From the IMG/VR virus record IMGVR_UViG_3300034062_006701: DNA of 64,000 bases; one strand, written 5' to 3'. Source of the stretch: a virus (lineage: Duplodnaviria > Caudoviricetes). This document shows, in pieces, positions 33,919 through 43,549 of the stretch. Below the pieces are notes generated by a model. The model worked only from the letters and a program-made list of their open reading frames with translations, was not told the DNA's origin and ran no database searches. Each line of letters opens with the position of its first letter. Within the stretch, counting starts at the first letter, position 1. The position numbers and the translations under genes were made by a program.

Positions 33919-35652
33919 ATGCCTGATTATAACCCTAATGTTATTGCAAATCCTCAAGTAGCGGAATACGGAAAGTTTACACAATTGAATGGTTCACGCT
34001 TCCCTGCTGTTTCTGTTACAAGGGTTCAATATCCAGATAAATCACAAGCATTTCCAGGGAATACTAACGCTCTCCCTGTAACAACCATCGACATATATCC
34101 AAAGTTTGGCGTATTAAGCTATATAACTAATACTGATGACTTCGCAGTATCACTGAGTGCAGGTCAGATCAATCTCGATACATCGCTAATTGAATTTCAT
34201 ATTTCAAATATAGATGCGGAGACTACTATCATGGCTAACGCTCTCACGGCGACAGAATGGAACACATTTGATGCAGCTTCTGGTATTAATGAGTTGAATT
34301 TTAATTTTCTCAACGCTGTATCGGCGCTAAGTACAACCATTGTCAATCCTGTGATTATCGGTAATAGAGGTAACGGTAATACAGCTACCGTTTATGCTCC
34401 GACTTCCTCTCTTAACGTCAATGTTACAAATACAATTAACAGCATTACAACACCAGAGCCAACACAACTTGATGCTTTTGGTCGTTTAAGAGTCTCAACA
34501 CCTCTCACACTTTTTGATTCTTCCCACCGTTATAGAGATAATAATCTTTGGTCATCATTAACTGCTGTAGGTGGGACCTATGCATTTAATGCAAATCAGG
34601 GATTGATAGATCTAACAGTAAGTTCGTTATCAGGTTCTTCAGTTATCAGAGAAACAACAAAAGTGTTCTCATACCAACCTGGTAAAAGTTTACTCGTAAT
34701 GAATACGTTTGTAATGGCTTCTTCTGCTACAGATTTAAGACAAAGAGTAGGTTATTTTGGAAGTCAGAATGGAATTTATTTTCAATTAGATGATGGTAAT
34801 ATTGGTCTGGTTAAAAGATCTCTTGTGTCGGGTTCTGTTGTAGATACTATAGTTTTAAGGTCTAGTTGGAACGGAGATAAGTTAGATGGGACAGGAGCCT
34901 CTGGATTAACTCTTGATATAACAAAGGCTCAAATATTTTGGATGGATATTGAATGGCTTGGTGTTGGATCAGTTCGTACAGGTTTTATTATTAACGGACA
35001 GTATATTGTTTGTCATTCCTTTCATCATGCTAATATAATTGATTCTACATACATAACAACAGCATCTCTACCTTTAAGATATGAGATTACAAATAAAGCT
35101 GCTACAGGTGTTTCTAAAACTTTAAAGCAGATATGTTCTTCTGTTGTTTCCGAAGGTGGTTATGAATTAAGAGGTCTTCAACAGGCAGTAGGTACCGCTA
35201 TAACAGCACCAAGAAGTCTTGGAACACCCGCAGGAACCTATCGCCCTGTTGTTTCAATTAGATTAAAAACATCTCCAAATAGATTAGATGCAATAGTAAT
35301 ACTAACAGCTTTATCTGTAATGGGTGTTGATACAGGGATATATAGTTGGCGAGTAATTGCTTCTGGAACAACTGTTGATGGTACTTGGCAGGATGCAGGA
35401 GTTGATTCAGCAGTTGAATATAAATTAGATGGAACAAGCATTACTGGCGGAAGAATCTTAGCACAAGGATATCTTACATCAAACGCACAGGGCGCAACAA
35501 CAGTTGATATTTTAAAGGAAGCTCTTTTTAAATTTCAATTAGAAAGAAATGGACTTACAGGTGTTCCTTATGAACTTACTTTAGCAGTAGCAGCAAGTAC
35601 ACAAAATGAAGTTGTACATGCTTCAATGGATTGGGAAGAGATTAGCAGGTAA
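33919..35652 (+). CDS. Probable virion structural protein (cyanophage-like family)
   Basis: TQLDAFGRLRVSTPLTLFDS, FSYQPGKS, WNGDKLDGTG, WLGVG motifs; ACTAAATA box upstream. Confidence 0.75.
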   Translation: MPDYNPNVIANPQVAEYGKFTQLNGSRFPAVSVTRVQYPDKSQAFPGNTNALPVTTIDIYPKFGVLSYITNTDDFAVSLSAGQINLDTSLIEFHISNIDAETTIMANALTATEWNTFDAASGINELNFNFLNAVSALSTTIVNPVIIGNRGNGNTATVYAPTSSLNVNVTNTINSITTPEPTQLDAFGRLRVSTPLTLFDSSHRYRDNNLWSSLTAVGGTYAFNANQGLIDLTVSSLSGSSVIRETTKVFSYQPGKSLLVMNTFVMASSATDLRQRVGYFGSQNGIYFQLDDGNIGLVKRSLVSGSVVDTIVLRSSWNGDKLDGTGASGLTLDITKAQIFWMDIEWLGVGSVRTGFIINGQYIVCHSFHHANIIDSTYITTASLPLRYEITNKAATGVSKTLKQICSSVVSEGGYELRGLQQAVGTAITAPRSLGTPAGTYRPVVSIRLKTSPNRLDAIVILTALSVMGVDTGIYSWRVIASGTTVDGTWQDAGVDSAVEYKLDGTSITGGRILAQGYLTSNAQGATTVDILKEALFKFQLERNGLTGVPYELTLAVAASTQNEVVHASMDWEEISR

Positions 35653-35657
35653 CCGTA

Positions 35658-35855
35658 TTAATACTTACGGGTACTGTGAGTGTGTCGCTTTGGCAGATAC
35701 GCGCTTCTTCCCTCTGAAATAAGCTGGGAGCGAGTCTTGAGAACAGGTGTCGTTGGCTCAACTACCCTAATACCGAACAGGTTATTTGCAAATTTTTTTA
35801 CGGTATTAATGAGTTTAGTCATAAGCCTACAAATAATTAGTCTGCATAAGGACAA
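35658..35855 (-). CDS. Hypothetical protein
   Basis: ORF track. Confidence 0.45.
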   Translation of the reverse strand: MSLCRLIICRLMTKLINTVKKFANNLFGIRVVEPTTPVLKTRSQLISEGRSAYLPKRHTHSTRKY

Positions 35856-35875
35856 TTTTTTATAAAAAGGAAAAA

Positions 35876-36478
35876 TTAAAGTTTTTTCATACCTTTTATC
35901 TGATAATTAATATTCATTACCACTCTTCTCGGAACTGTTGTCGGTGTGGTACCTGTGTGATAGTGTACCCCTTCGAATATAAAAAGTCTGTTAGCTTTCG
36001 GTGTAACTGCTGTAAGTTGTGTAAGCTGTGTTATCTTTTCTTTATAGAAAGAGTTCGTATCTGGACCGTAATCTGGATCAAACCGCTCATTATATACAAT
36101 TGTATCGCCGTCAGAGTCGTTAAAATAGAATAATGCTGTACGGTGTTCATAGCTTATATCAACATGAGCACCATTTTCATAATTTTTGTCTGTAGCTGTA
36201 TTGAGAATCAATCTAACCCGTAATAATTCTTGAAGATCTTCTCCTGCCTGTATAAGAATATTTTCAGCTGCCTTGAGAAGAGTGTTATTAGGATCGTACA
36301 TTACCTGTTCACGAAACAATACCGTATTACCCCAACCATGTAAGAATATATCATTTACACCTCCATGTGATGGTGGTGTTCTATTAAAGAACCACGGGAA
36401 ATTTCGAGAAAGAACCTCATCACTAAGATTATTAAATTTCTCTTCAGGTAATATATTGTCAATAATAGTTGCAGACAT
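35876..36478 (-). CDS. 2OG-Fe(II) oxygenase
   Basis: HVD...TALFY...DGDT...YHTG...RRVVMNIN. Confidence 0.85.
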   Translation of the reverse strand: MSATIIDNILPEEKFNNLSDEVLSRNFPWFFNRTPPSHGGVNDIFLHGWGNTVLFREQVMYDPNNTLLKAAENILIQAGEDLQELLRVRLILNTATDKNYENGAHVDISYEHRTALFYFNDSDGDTIVYNERFDPDYGPDTNSFYKEKITQLTQLTAVTPKANRLFIFEGVHYHTGTTPTTVPRRVVMNINYQIKGMKKL

Positions 36479-36508
36479 ATAATAGCTTATTACTGCTACT
36501 GCTTGTTA

Positions 36509-37144
36509 TCAAGACTTTAAGTCTAAAAGATATTTCTGAACGCAATGATCAAACGATTCTTTCACGTTATTCTGCTCTATTTGGTTCTTAGCTTCATTGA
36601 GCTTAGCAGTTAAATAACTCTCGACCTCACCTGCACTACTAAAACCATCCGTTCTCATCTCTACAGCAATACCGCCGGCGTTTCTCCAAGCAGCTAGATA
36701 CGGTGGAAAATCATCGATGAGTATATTAGGGTTACCGTTACTATCAATAGCATATATAGCTTTATTTTTCGGGAAATATGATTCTGAAGGCTGAGGTGAT
36801 AGGTGTTTTTTTATCCACGTTATCTTACCTCGTTTACAGGCTTCAGGGTCAATGCTCGCCGGGTGAGAGCAAATACTATATGCACCAGCGAATTTAACGA
36901 CTGCTTGAATGATAGCATTTGTTACCTCTCCGTTTTTACCAAACGGTGGAAGATTAGCGAAGAATTGTTCAACATCACCGAAATTATCTAAAAAATGCTC
37001 TCTATCGTACCAAATCTTCTTTGCTTCTGTCTTTTCTTCTACCGTTAGCTGTTTATAAGGCTTATTAAAGAATCTAAAGCTAATAGCTCCGAAGAGATCA
37101 GCGACGGTACCATCCATGTCGACCAAGCAGTTTAGATTACTCAT
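36509..37144 (-). CDS. HAD-family 5'(3')-deoxyribonucleotidase
   Basis: VDMDGTVAD, GKITWI and ILIDD motifs. Confidence 0.85.
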   Translation of the reverse strand: MSNLNCLVDMDGTVADLFGAISFRFFNKPYKQLTVEEKTEAKKIWYDREHFLDNFGDVEQFFANLPPFGKNGEVTNAIIQAVVKFAGAYSICSHPASIDPEACKRGKITWIKKHLSPQPSESYFPKNKAIYAIDSNGNPNILIDDFPPYLAAWRNAGGIAVEMRTDGFSSAGEVESYLTAKLNEAKNQIEQNNVKESFDHCVQKYLLDLKS

Positions 37145-37380
37145 GATAATACAATAGTAAAGCGAAACAAATACTTATTATGTTTCTGTGTATCAACAAA
37201 TTCTTTTTTCGCAGAGACAATTCTCTTTGTCGTACCGTATTTTGCTATTTCTTTGTCGAGATGCGCTTGCGCAGCATCAGTGCTTTCGAAGAAGCCACTC
37301 CATTTAATAATGTTGCGATCGACATTAGGCACAATAATATTTAAGCCTTTTTTGAGATGTATTCCTGTTACTAAGAGCAT
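37141..37380 (-). CDS. Hypothetical protein
   Basis: ORF track. Confidence 0.6.
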   Translation of the reverse strand: MLLVTGIHLKKGLNIIVPNVDRNIIKWSGFFESTDAAQAHLDKEIAKYGTTKRIVSAKKEFVDTQKHNKYLFRFTIVLS

Positions 37381-38228
37381 AGAAAGTCGCTTAGCTTTGA
37401 TTTCATAAAAAATATGCTATACCAGCTATCTATATTTTTAAGAATTTGATAGAAGTTCAACTCTTCGCATTTATGCTTGAAGCTATCGTAATTTAGCACC
37501 GGTTTTATATTGAACTGTTCCTTTACGTAATTTACTTCATCCTGATCGTTAAGAGTCAGAGAGAGATCAACTAGCTTAAGATTTGCATTGAAGTGATCTT
37601 CTTCTGCTTCTGACATCGTATATTCACCGTTGAAAAATTTTGATATCTTTACCTTACCAAATCCCTTTATACCGGGTATGTTATCAGACTTATCGCCTGT
37701 AAGCGCTTTAAGCTTAACAAAATCCACTATTTCATAGCCTATAAGCTCTTTAAAGTTTCTATGATTAAATTCTATTTTACGAATAGGGTCATATACAACT
37801 GTCTTATCATCAATAAGCTGACACATATCCTTATCAACGGTGATAATAATCTTCTCGTCTTCTGGGAAGAGATGATGAAAGATGGCGATTACATCGTCTG
37901 CTTCGTATGCACGTGGCAAAACATTCTTTATGCCTAATAGCTCAAGTAGTTCTTTAATTATATAATTCTTGCTATGTACCTGTTGATTGCGCTCGGTGTC
38001 TCTATTGCCTTTATATTCTTGTAGCAATTCCTTTCTCTTATTAATCTGAAAGTCTTCCTTCTCATCCCAGGTGCAATACACGACATCAGGATTGTACTGT
38101 AATATGTGGTTTTTAACACTAGTTAAGAAAAGATGAATGTGAAAATGCTCATTAAAGTTGGGTTGGTTTTTAGCTACCCAAAATACCCTGTGAACAAGGT
38201 TATTACCATCGACAATAAGACGTCTCAT
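37371..38228 (-). CDS. rnh: 5'-3' exonuclease / flap endonuclease (T4 RNase H-like)
   Basis: IVDGNN, EADDVIA, DKDMCQL, GDKSDNIPGI. Confidence 0.92.
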   Translation of the reverse strand: MRRLIVDGNNLVHRVFWVAKNQPNFNEHFHIHLFLTSVKNHILQYNPDVVYCTWDEKEDFQINKRKELLQEYKGNRDTERNQQVHSKNYIIKELLELLGIKNVLPRAYEADDVIAIFHHLFPEDEKIIITVDKDMCQLIDDKTVVYDPIRKIEFNHRNFKELIGYEIVDFVKLKALTGDKSDNIPGIKGFGKVKISKFFNGEYTMSEAEEDHFNANLKLVDLSLTLNDQDEVNYVKEQFNIKPVLNYDSFKHKCEELNFYQILKNIDSWYSIFFMKSKLSDFLCS

Positions 38229-38872
38229 GACCAGAAGAAGAAACGATACTTGACAAGCTGTGTTAAAATTTCTGTATCCTTATCCTGAATAAGCTGTTCA
38301 AGACGATTTACTTCACCGTACTTTTCTTCGTATGTTCTACCATCATCAACCATTTTTAGCATCTTGACTTTACCCTTATCGTCATATTCACAAGGCACAA
38401 ACATTTCCTTAAGAGGTGGAAGGACAGGATAAGCGTCATCCATCTGCTTTTCAAGAGCAGGTCGTTCAATAGTAATATAGTCGTAAGCTGATTCGAGCCA
38501 CTTAGCGAATTCTACTGCGCGTTCTCCGGTACCCTCCCAGTCAGTATGACCATGAAGATACTCATCTTCATAAAAACCTTTAATAAATTCGAAGTTTACA
38601 GTCTCAATAAGACCGGAAACATCAGACCAGGTACGAGGAATAACTTTACGATAGCGTTTGTTCTGCGGACTAAAGATTGGGCGAATCTTCTCGTAATAAT
38701 AAATGTCAGCCCAGCGAGGTACAAACGGAATAAGCTGCCAGAGTTTTCTTGTACCAAATTTATCTTCTAGGAATCTATCGAACTTACACCGAAATGACTT
38801 TTTATAATTTTCCATATCAGCAAAATCACAACGGAGTTTATGATTACGCGCTTCGAATTTCTCAGGTGTCAT
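38225..38872 (-). CDS. Hypothetical phage protein
   Basis: ORF track. Confidence 0.7.
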   Translation of the reverse strand: MTPEKFEARNHKLRCDFADMENYKKSFRCKFDRFLEDKFGTRKLWQLIPFVPRWADIYYYEKIRPIFSPQNKRYRKVIPRTWSDVSGLIETVNFEFIKGFYEDEYLHGHTDWEGTGERAVEFAKWLESAYDYITIERPALEKQMDDAYPVLPPLKEMFVPCEYDDKGKVKMLKMVDDGRTYEEKYGEVNRLEQLIQDKDTEILTQLVKYRFFFWS

Positions 38873-38878
38873 ATTATG

Positions 38879-38907
38879 ATTATAATAAAATTATTTTAGG
38901 ATTGCAA
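38879..38907 (-). promoter_or_regulatory. Sigma70-like promoter
   Basis: TTGCAA-17-TATAAT, 6 nt before ATG 38872. Confidence 0.75.
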
Positions 38908-38914
38908 TAAAAAC

Positions 38915-38987
38915 CTACGAGGGAAAGGCTCGAACTTTCAACCGGCAGATCCAAATTCTGCTGCACTACCAATTGTGCTACCTCGTA
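38915..38987 (-). tRNA. trnQ: tRNA-Gln(UUG)
   Basis: GCAGA-ATTTGGA-TCTGC; U1-A72; G73; no CCA. Confidence 0.88.
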
Positions 38988-39128
38988 ATAGGTTAATATT
39001 TCTTTACAAGCTTTCCTTTTATCTTGACAAAGCCTTCCAGCTTACCAGATGGTTTAATCTTGTCAAAGTTATCGTTGTATTGCTTCTTGTTTACTTTTCT
39101 CGGTGTATCGCCTTTTCCTGCGCTCATA

Positions 39129-40037
39129 TTAATGCTTAGTGATTGTAGCTTCGATCTTATTTACCTTCCAGCGAGTCTTAGATCCACGCTTATTATTCTT
39201 CTTAAGCTTACCTTCGAGAGTAAGCTCCCTGAGAAGATATCCAGCACGAGTTGCATCAATACTCAACTCAGCACATACATCAGTAATACCGAACAATCCT
39301 TCGAGCTTAAGAATGCTCTCCTTATTCTTTTCCTTACGATCGGCTTTGCTGTTCTTCTTTTCAGTAGCTTCAGCCGTAACAGCGGTAAAGACATATCCCC
39401 GGCTAGTGAACGAACAAGTATAGTCGATACCAGGTCCGAAACGATTCTTAGAGAAGTAAATGCGACGGAGATCAGGAGTCTCACCCATCTCAACGAACAT
39501 ATTCACGTCGACAGCGTAGGTAAGATGATTACTTCCGCGCATCGCACCGCCCTTGGTAAGGTGGCAGATGATGATCACGGCACACTCTGTCTCCTTAGCC
39601 CTTTCAATAAGTCGCTCAATAGCAGAACGCTCGTCGAAGGACCCCTTATCCATAGCCTGGAATGAGTCGATAACAATAAGATCCATTCCATCCATAAAAG
39701 AAAGAATCTTATTGAACTTCGATTCGTTACAGATGCCAACGTCATCGATACCGAGTCGACGGCAGCTAAAAGCGACCTGATGGATAGACTCCTCAGCGCT
39801 AATATAGCCGATATTCTTATCGTTCTTCGACATACCGTCGAGAATCTGGAGAACCATTGTACTCTTTCCTACACCTGCTTTACTCGACAAAGTGATGCAC
39901 GATCCAGGGAGAATACCACCCCCGAACATCTCATCAACTTCAGGGATGTTTGAGCGAATGCGACGGAAATAAATTTCCGGAATCTGCACATCTTTAACAG
40001 CTGTGAACGAAGTGGATACGATATGATTAAGTTTCAT
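39129..40037 (-). CDS. RadA/Sms-like RecA-superfamily ATPase with C-terminal HTH-like region
   Basis: Walker A SKAGVGKS, YISAEES, Walker B IVIDSFQ, HLTKGG, KNRFG. Confidence 0.85.
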   Translation of the reverse strand: MKLNHIVSTSFTAVKDVQIPEIYFRRIRSNIPEVDEMFGGGILPGSCITLSSKAGVGKSTMVLQILDGMSKNDKNIGYISAEESIHQVAFSCRRLGIDDVGICNESKFNKILSFMDGMDLIVIDSFQAMDKGSFDERSAIERLIERAKETECAVIIICHLTKGGAMRGSNHLTYAVDVNMFVEMGETPDLRRIYFSKNRFGPGIDYTCSFTSRGYVFTAVTAEATEKKNSKADRKEKNKESILKLEGLFGITDVCAELSIDATRAGYLLRELTLEGKLKKNNKRGSKTRWKVNKIEATITKH

Positions 40038-40043
40038 GCTATT

Positions 40044-40072
40044 ATTATGTGGGAATTGAAAAGGAATTACAA
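40044..40072 (-). promoter_or_regulatory. Sigma70-like early promoter
   Basis: TTGTAA-17-CATAAT, 6 nt before ATG 40037. Confidence 0.7.
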
Positions 40073-40074
40073 GC

Positions 40075-40344
40075 TTAAATTTTCTTAAACTTTACTTCCG
40101 CGTCTTTCAGGTTCTGGAACGTCCAGCCTGAGGTGCCCCACTGCGATGTACCTGGATAGGCCTCACCAGGTGGGATCTTCTGACCACCAAGCTCATAGCC
40201 ATTATGCTTTGAGATCTTCACTACTTCAAAAGAAACACCCTCCTGGTCCTTTTTAGATTGTTCGAAGATAGCTTTCATCCCTTCGCGTTTAATTTGCTTA
40301 TAGGTAAATCCTTTTTTTGTGAATGTTTTAGGTATTGTCTTCAT
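40075..40344 (-). CDS. Hypothetical phage protein
   Basis: ORF track. Confidence 0.7.
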   Translation of the reverse strand: MKTIPKTFTKKGFTYKQIKREGMKAIFEQSKKDQEGVSFEVVKISKHNGYELGGQKIPPGEAYPGTSQWGTSGWTFQNLKDAEVKFKKI

Positions 40345-40384
40345 GATTCCTTAATATTATAGGTACCTTTAAGGGAACGCAAGC

Positions 40385-40687
40385 TTATTTCCCGTTAATC
40401 TCAAGCGCCCGTTGAATGAATGAATCACCTAGCGCTATAGTAACACCTTCTACACCAAGCTCCTCTCGAACCTCAGAAGGCGATTTACCTGCTTTCAACA
40501 GCGTAAGAGCATCCCTACAAATATAATGCTTGAGGAACTCTTCTTTTGATCCTGCGATCTTTGCCTTCTCCTCCAGATACTGACTGTTTGTAGGTCGTGT
40601 CCTACCTGTAATAATACAAGTAAGAACGGTAGGGTCTTTGGCTATAGCTTTCTTGAATCGTTTATTAATTTCTGCGATATCCATCAT
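40385..40687 (-). CDS. Hypothetical protein; domain shared with 41624..42214
   Basis: CIITG...F..HYI..DA..LLK..SP.EV...L. Confidence 0.7.
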   Translation of the reverse strand: MMDIAEINKRFKKAIAKDPTVLTCIITGRTRPTNSQYLEEKAKIAGSKEEFLKHYICRDALTLLKAGKSPSEVREELGVEGVTIALGDSFIQRALEINGK

Positions 40688-40732
40688 TATTCGATAATAT
40701 AAAATTGTTTAATTAAATGCAATAAAAAGTTG

Positions 40733-40772
40733 AAAAAAAGAGACCGACTCCTAAATCATAGCAGCCGGTCTC
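40733..40772 (-). terminator. Rho-independent terminator
   Basis: GAGACCG...CGGTCTC stem followed by T7. Confidence 0.65.
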
Positions 40773-40790
40773 CTCATTGTTCATTTGAGA

Positions 40791-40985
40791 TTAAGCAACG
40801 GTAATCTCGTTAGTGTTAATGGCGCGGGTCAGGTCTCTTGCGTCAATACGCTTAGCCGTACGCTTGAACTGGTTCGTGCGGTTGAGCACACGAGCCTTCT
40901 TAACGGTAAAGCTACCATCGCGGTTACGCTCCATCTGGACGAAGAACGTCTTAGGACGTAGATTCTTGTTTGTGTAGTCGATCAT
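40791..40985 (-). CDS. Small basic protein
   Basis: Strong SD AAAGGAGGTG upstream. Confidence 0.7.
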   Translation of the reverse strand: MIDYTNKNLRPKTFFVQMERNRDGSFTVKKARVLNRTNQFKRTAKRIDARDLTRAINTNEITVA

Positions 40986-41049
40986 TTTATATTCACCTCC
41001 TTTCGTTTATAGTTCTAATAGTGGATTCTTTTTTTAGGAATATCAACTA

Positions 41050-41247
41050 TTAAATTTTAAAATTTTCTGGAAGAGTAATCTCTTCGGGGTTCGGGAGAAG
41101 GAAAGTATCGGTTTTGGCTTTCCTGCTCTCTGACTTACGACGATACCCCATAAGAAGGTGATTCCCGTCGTTCGTGCTCTTGATAATTGGTACCAGTCGG
41201 CCCTTTTTAATTAGCTTCTGGATATTTGCTGGTGACATCTTTCCCAT
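41050..41247 (-). CDS. Hypothetical protein
   Basis: Start reassigned to ATG 41247 (GAGGA SD). Confidence 0.6.
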   Translation of the reverse strand: MGKMSPANIQKLIKKGRLVPIIKSTNDGNHLLMGYRRKSESRKAKTDTFLLPNPEEITLPENFKI

Positions 41248-41282
41248 ATGATTCCTCAATAGTATATCGGTTAAAAAATAAA

Positions 41283-41549
41283 TCAAGAATTACTTTCAAA
41301 TACATCGCCGTTAGCTTGGATCTTTTGCTCTTCATATGGAGCAACCATACGACGATAGAACTCCTGCTTACACCCCTCAAGGGCGCCTATAATGTCGTTA
41401 AACGTTTGATAACACATACCGTTATCGACAATATAATCTTTACAAATCATAGTAAGAGCATAATTGAGCTCACCGGCAGTGTTTATTTCAGGTATGTTGC
41501 AGAACATATCTAAGAACTTTGATCTATCTTGCTGATTAATGTATGGCAT
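41283..41549 (-). CDS. Conserved-looking phage protein (MPYI...GELNY...GAL.GCKQEFYRR type)
   Basis: Motif pattern. Confidence 0.7.
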   Translation of the reverse strand: MPYINQQDRSKFLDMFCNIPEINTAGELNYALTMICKDYIVDNGMCYQTFNDIIGALEGCKQEFYRRMVAPYEEQKIQANGDVFESNS

Positions 41550-41623
41550 AAAACAGATAGTAAAATTAAATTTTCATAAAATCAAGCTTGAACTTAATTT
41601 TTGCATATATAATATAACAAATC

Positions 41624-42214
41624 ATGAAACGCGCTAAGGTTAAAAAACTTCCAAAGCAAACTAAAACAAGCACATTACCTAAAGCTAAGAATAAGCCTGT
41701 AGCTGTGGTTGATGATAGTAAGCCTAAGAGTCGAGTTATGGCATGTATCGTTACTGGTATAGAGAAGAGAGTATCGAAAGCCGGTATGGCAAAAGGTATT
41801 AAGAAATTCGGTGATCTAGCGGCCTTTATCGAACACTATATAAGCAATGAAGCAAAGAGACTACTCAAACAACGCGTATCCCCGGAGGAAGTACAAAAGC
41901 AACTTCGTCCATCGAATCTCAAGCCATTCACTATTGACAAACAGATTCTTGCTCGTCTCAAGCTCCTCAAGAAGCCAAGAAACAAAAAACTTACAATAGA
42001 AGAGGTTCAGCAAATTTCTGTAAAATGGGTACCTAAAGAGCCTAAATCGTATCCCTCAAAAGAGGCGTATATCATAGACAACACAAAAAACGGGTCCTGC
42101 ATTGCACCTCAACTCTTTCTAGATTCTGATCGCTGCTGTGACCACTGTCAGTATACAGAGCATTGCCTCTCTACAGCTAAGACATTCTCTAAGCGATATA
42201 AAGCCTCTCAATAA
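41624..42214 (+). CDS. Basic protein with the shared CIVTG domain and a C-terminal Cys cluster
   Basis: CIAP...RCCDHCQYTEHC. Confidence 0.7.
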   Translation: MKRAKVKKLPKQTKTSTLPKAKNKPVAVVDDSKPKSRVMACIVTGIEKRVSKAGMAKGIKKFGDLAAFIEHYISNEAKRLLKQRVSPEEVQKQLRPSNLKPFTIDKQILARLKLLKKPRNKKLTIEEVQQISVKWVPKEPKSYPSKEAYIIDNTKNGSCIAPQLFLDSDRCCDHCQYTEHCLSTAKTFSKRYKASQ

Positions 42215-43338
42215 CCTTCATATGTTTTTGAATACCTGACTTCACGGCTATATCCGTTGTGATCGTCGTTGATTACTTTCTTTGGCTTCGGTTTTTCGTA
42301 TCTCATTGTAAACGTAATGATGATATCACCGATCTCCATAAGAAACGCTAACAGAAAGCAAATAAGAGCTGTAATGTCAGCACACATTAATGCAGTAAAT
42401 GATACTTTGATAATATTATCAGTCCCTATTATTTTAACAGGGATAAATTTTATGTTTAAATTCGATGCAATAGATGATATCAAACTATTTGCATCGATTA
42501 CCGATGTCTGGAGTTCACTAAAATTACTAGCCGCATCAATACTCTTTTTACAGGTTATAATCTTATCTCCAAGTAGATTACTTGATTGTTTAAGTGCTTT
42601 TAGACTTTCCTCCATCTCTTGATCTAAGGAATCAATTCGCTTTTTAAGTTCGTTTTTTGTGCTCTGAAGTTCAATGTCGGATTGCGCTTGCAGTTTACGA
42701 GCTTCTGCTTGAAGCTCTTTCGCACGTGGCCCATCACCGGCTTTACCTCTCACACCTTGTCGCTCGCTAATAGCTTCTTGATTTATCTCCTCTATTTGTT
42801 TCTTGGTTTCTGTAGATTTTACTAGTATTGTCTTTTCAATTTCCACTTTTCTATCTCTATTGCTATTTCTAATGTCAGAATCTTGTATTTGTACAGCTTT
42901 TTTACTCTCAGCTTCAAAATATGATAGAGTTTCTGTTATTTTATCCTTACTGTTTTTAAGACTATCTTGAACACCAGTTTCAGAGTAGAGTCCTGCAAAG
43001 TCAAAAATGGTCGGTATAAGACTAAGGAATAAGCAGAGTAATGCAGCCTTAATCGGGAACTCTTTTCTACCAAAAAGAATAATTTTTACACAATATGGTA
43101 GACCTACAACAGCAAAACTCGCTAACGCTGTTAATGTCCAATGCCAGGTAATGAGAATAGCACCTAATGCATGGAAGGCAAAACAATACGCAACGAAAAT
43201 AACAAACCAATACACTATATCGATAGTGATAGCTGCAACCTTACTACCTGTATTAAAACCAAAGATAGTATGATATGAGTCGGCTACAGTATGATCTGTA
43301 ACCGGTTCACGAGTTAGCAAATTCTTAATAAACTCCAC
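42208..43338 (-). CDS. Membrane-anchored coiled-coil protein (DUF4407-like architecture)
   Basis: Three N-terminal TM segments, coiled coil containing GPRAKEL, C-terminal TM. Confidence 0.7.
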   Translation of the reverse strand: MEFIKNLLTREPVTDHTVADSYHTIFGFNTGSKVAAITIDIVYWFVIFVAYCFAFHALGAILITWHWTLTALASFAVVGLPYCVKIILFGRKEFPIKAALLCLFLSLIPTIFDFAGLYSETGVQDSLKNSKDKITETLSYFEAESKKAVQIQDSDIRNSNRDRKVEIEKTILVKSTETKKQIEEINQEAISERQGVRGKAGDGPRAKELQAEARKLQAQSDIELQSTKNELKKRIDSLDQEMEESLKALKQSSNLLGDKIITCKKSIDAASNFSELQTSVIDANSLISSIASNLNIKFIPVKIIGTDNIIKVSFTALMCADITALICFLLAFLMEIGDIIITFTMRYEKPKPKKVINDDHNGYSREVRYSKTYEGY

Positions 43339-43549
43339 TTTATTATTTAATGGATGTCAGGAGCGCTCGAATATCTTCCTTTAAAATACGGATTTGTACT
43401 TCAAATACAACGGAAAGCACCACAAAGAGTAGTTTCATATATATGTCTAGTAGACACGTGTATATTTATTCTCTTTTAGCACCAATATTGTCTTTTCGAG
43501 TTCTTGTATAGTTATTTCATAGAGGTACCCATAAATAATTTCAGTCACC

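Noticed and set aside
39024-39665. 213-aa plus-strand ORF
   Set aside because: Antisense to the well-supported RadA-like gene
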